64,000 nt of DNA from a virus. Lineage: Duplodnaviria; Caudoviricetes. Location: positions 25,718 through 89,717 of the IMG/VR virus record IMGVR_UViG_3300025715_000017; one strand, given 5' to 3'. The stretch's first letter is position 1; the number at the start of each line of letters is the position of its first letter. The position numbers and the translations under genes were made by a program. Shown here piece after piece: positions 63,889 to 64,000 of this stretch. The notes beneath the pieces were generated by a model. It was not told where the DNA came from. It did not search any database and saw only the letters and a program-made list of their open reading frames with translations.

Positions 63889-64000
63889 TAGTGCCCTACT
63901 TGCCTATGCAGGTATGCCGGCCGGTAGTGCCCTACTTGCCTATGCAGGTATGCCGGCCGGTAGTGCCCTACTTGCCTATGCAGGTATGCCGGCCGGTAGT
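63889..64000. repeat. Perfect 36-bp tandem repeat x3+, running off the window
   Basis: TAGTGCCCTACTTGCCTATGCAGGTATGCCGGCCGG at 63889, 63925 and 63961. Confidence 0.95.

Noticed and set aside
63889-64000. 36-bp repeats as a CRISPR array
   Set aside because: Units are directly adjacent with no spacers, and there are no cas genes; the PD-(D/E)xK nuclease at 53104 is a common stand-alone phage type.
1-64000. Alternative genetic code (stop-codon reassignment)
   Set aside because: Long genes are uninterrupted in code 11, and TAA, TAG and TGA all end genes at tight overlaps; the two in-frame TGAs (25825, 50035) are isolated.

Overview
This window is a 64 kb fragment of a large, AT-rich tailed dsDNA phage genome, densely coding in the standard genetic code. 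I see no terminase, portal, capsid, integrase, rRNA, tRNA, CRISPR array or reverse transcriptase, so lifestyle and host cannot be fixed. It has four blocks. (1) 1-23.5 kb (+): virion/tail module with a giant adhesin-like protein over 3200 aa that begins upstream of the window, a second InlB-repeat protein, tail-like genes, a holin-like gene, three glycosyltransferase genes and a lipoprotein. (2) 23.4-31.4 kb (-): degenerate DEDD exonuclease, DUF4326, amidase endolysin, Dam, PAPS-reductase-like protein, split C5 methyltransferase and a PrimPol-helicase. A non-coding stretch follows, with duplicated hairpins and a ~510 bp nested palindrome (candidate origin). (3) 32.4-54.8 kb (+): replication and nucleotide genes (three ParB-family genes, SNF2 helicase, exonuclease, PolA, methylase, VRR-NUC, dNMP kinase, sigma-like factor, ligase, PD-(D/E)xK nuclease), two Tad2/DUF2829-like genes and a shuffled mini-module region. 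(4) 55-64 kb (+): an early-type array of small ORFs, most in a repeated cassette of terminator, sigma70 promoter, structured leader, palindrome and RBS. The most striking signal is the palindrome CAGAAWWTTCTG, which I read at 23 exact positions between 44 and 64 kb, including inside genes, in a genome fragment carrying four ParB-family genes plus three degenerate ParB-like paralogs. Family assignments come from motif recognition by eye, and counts are manual; no database search or computation was run.
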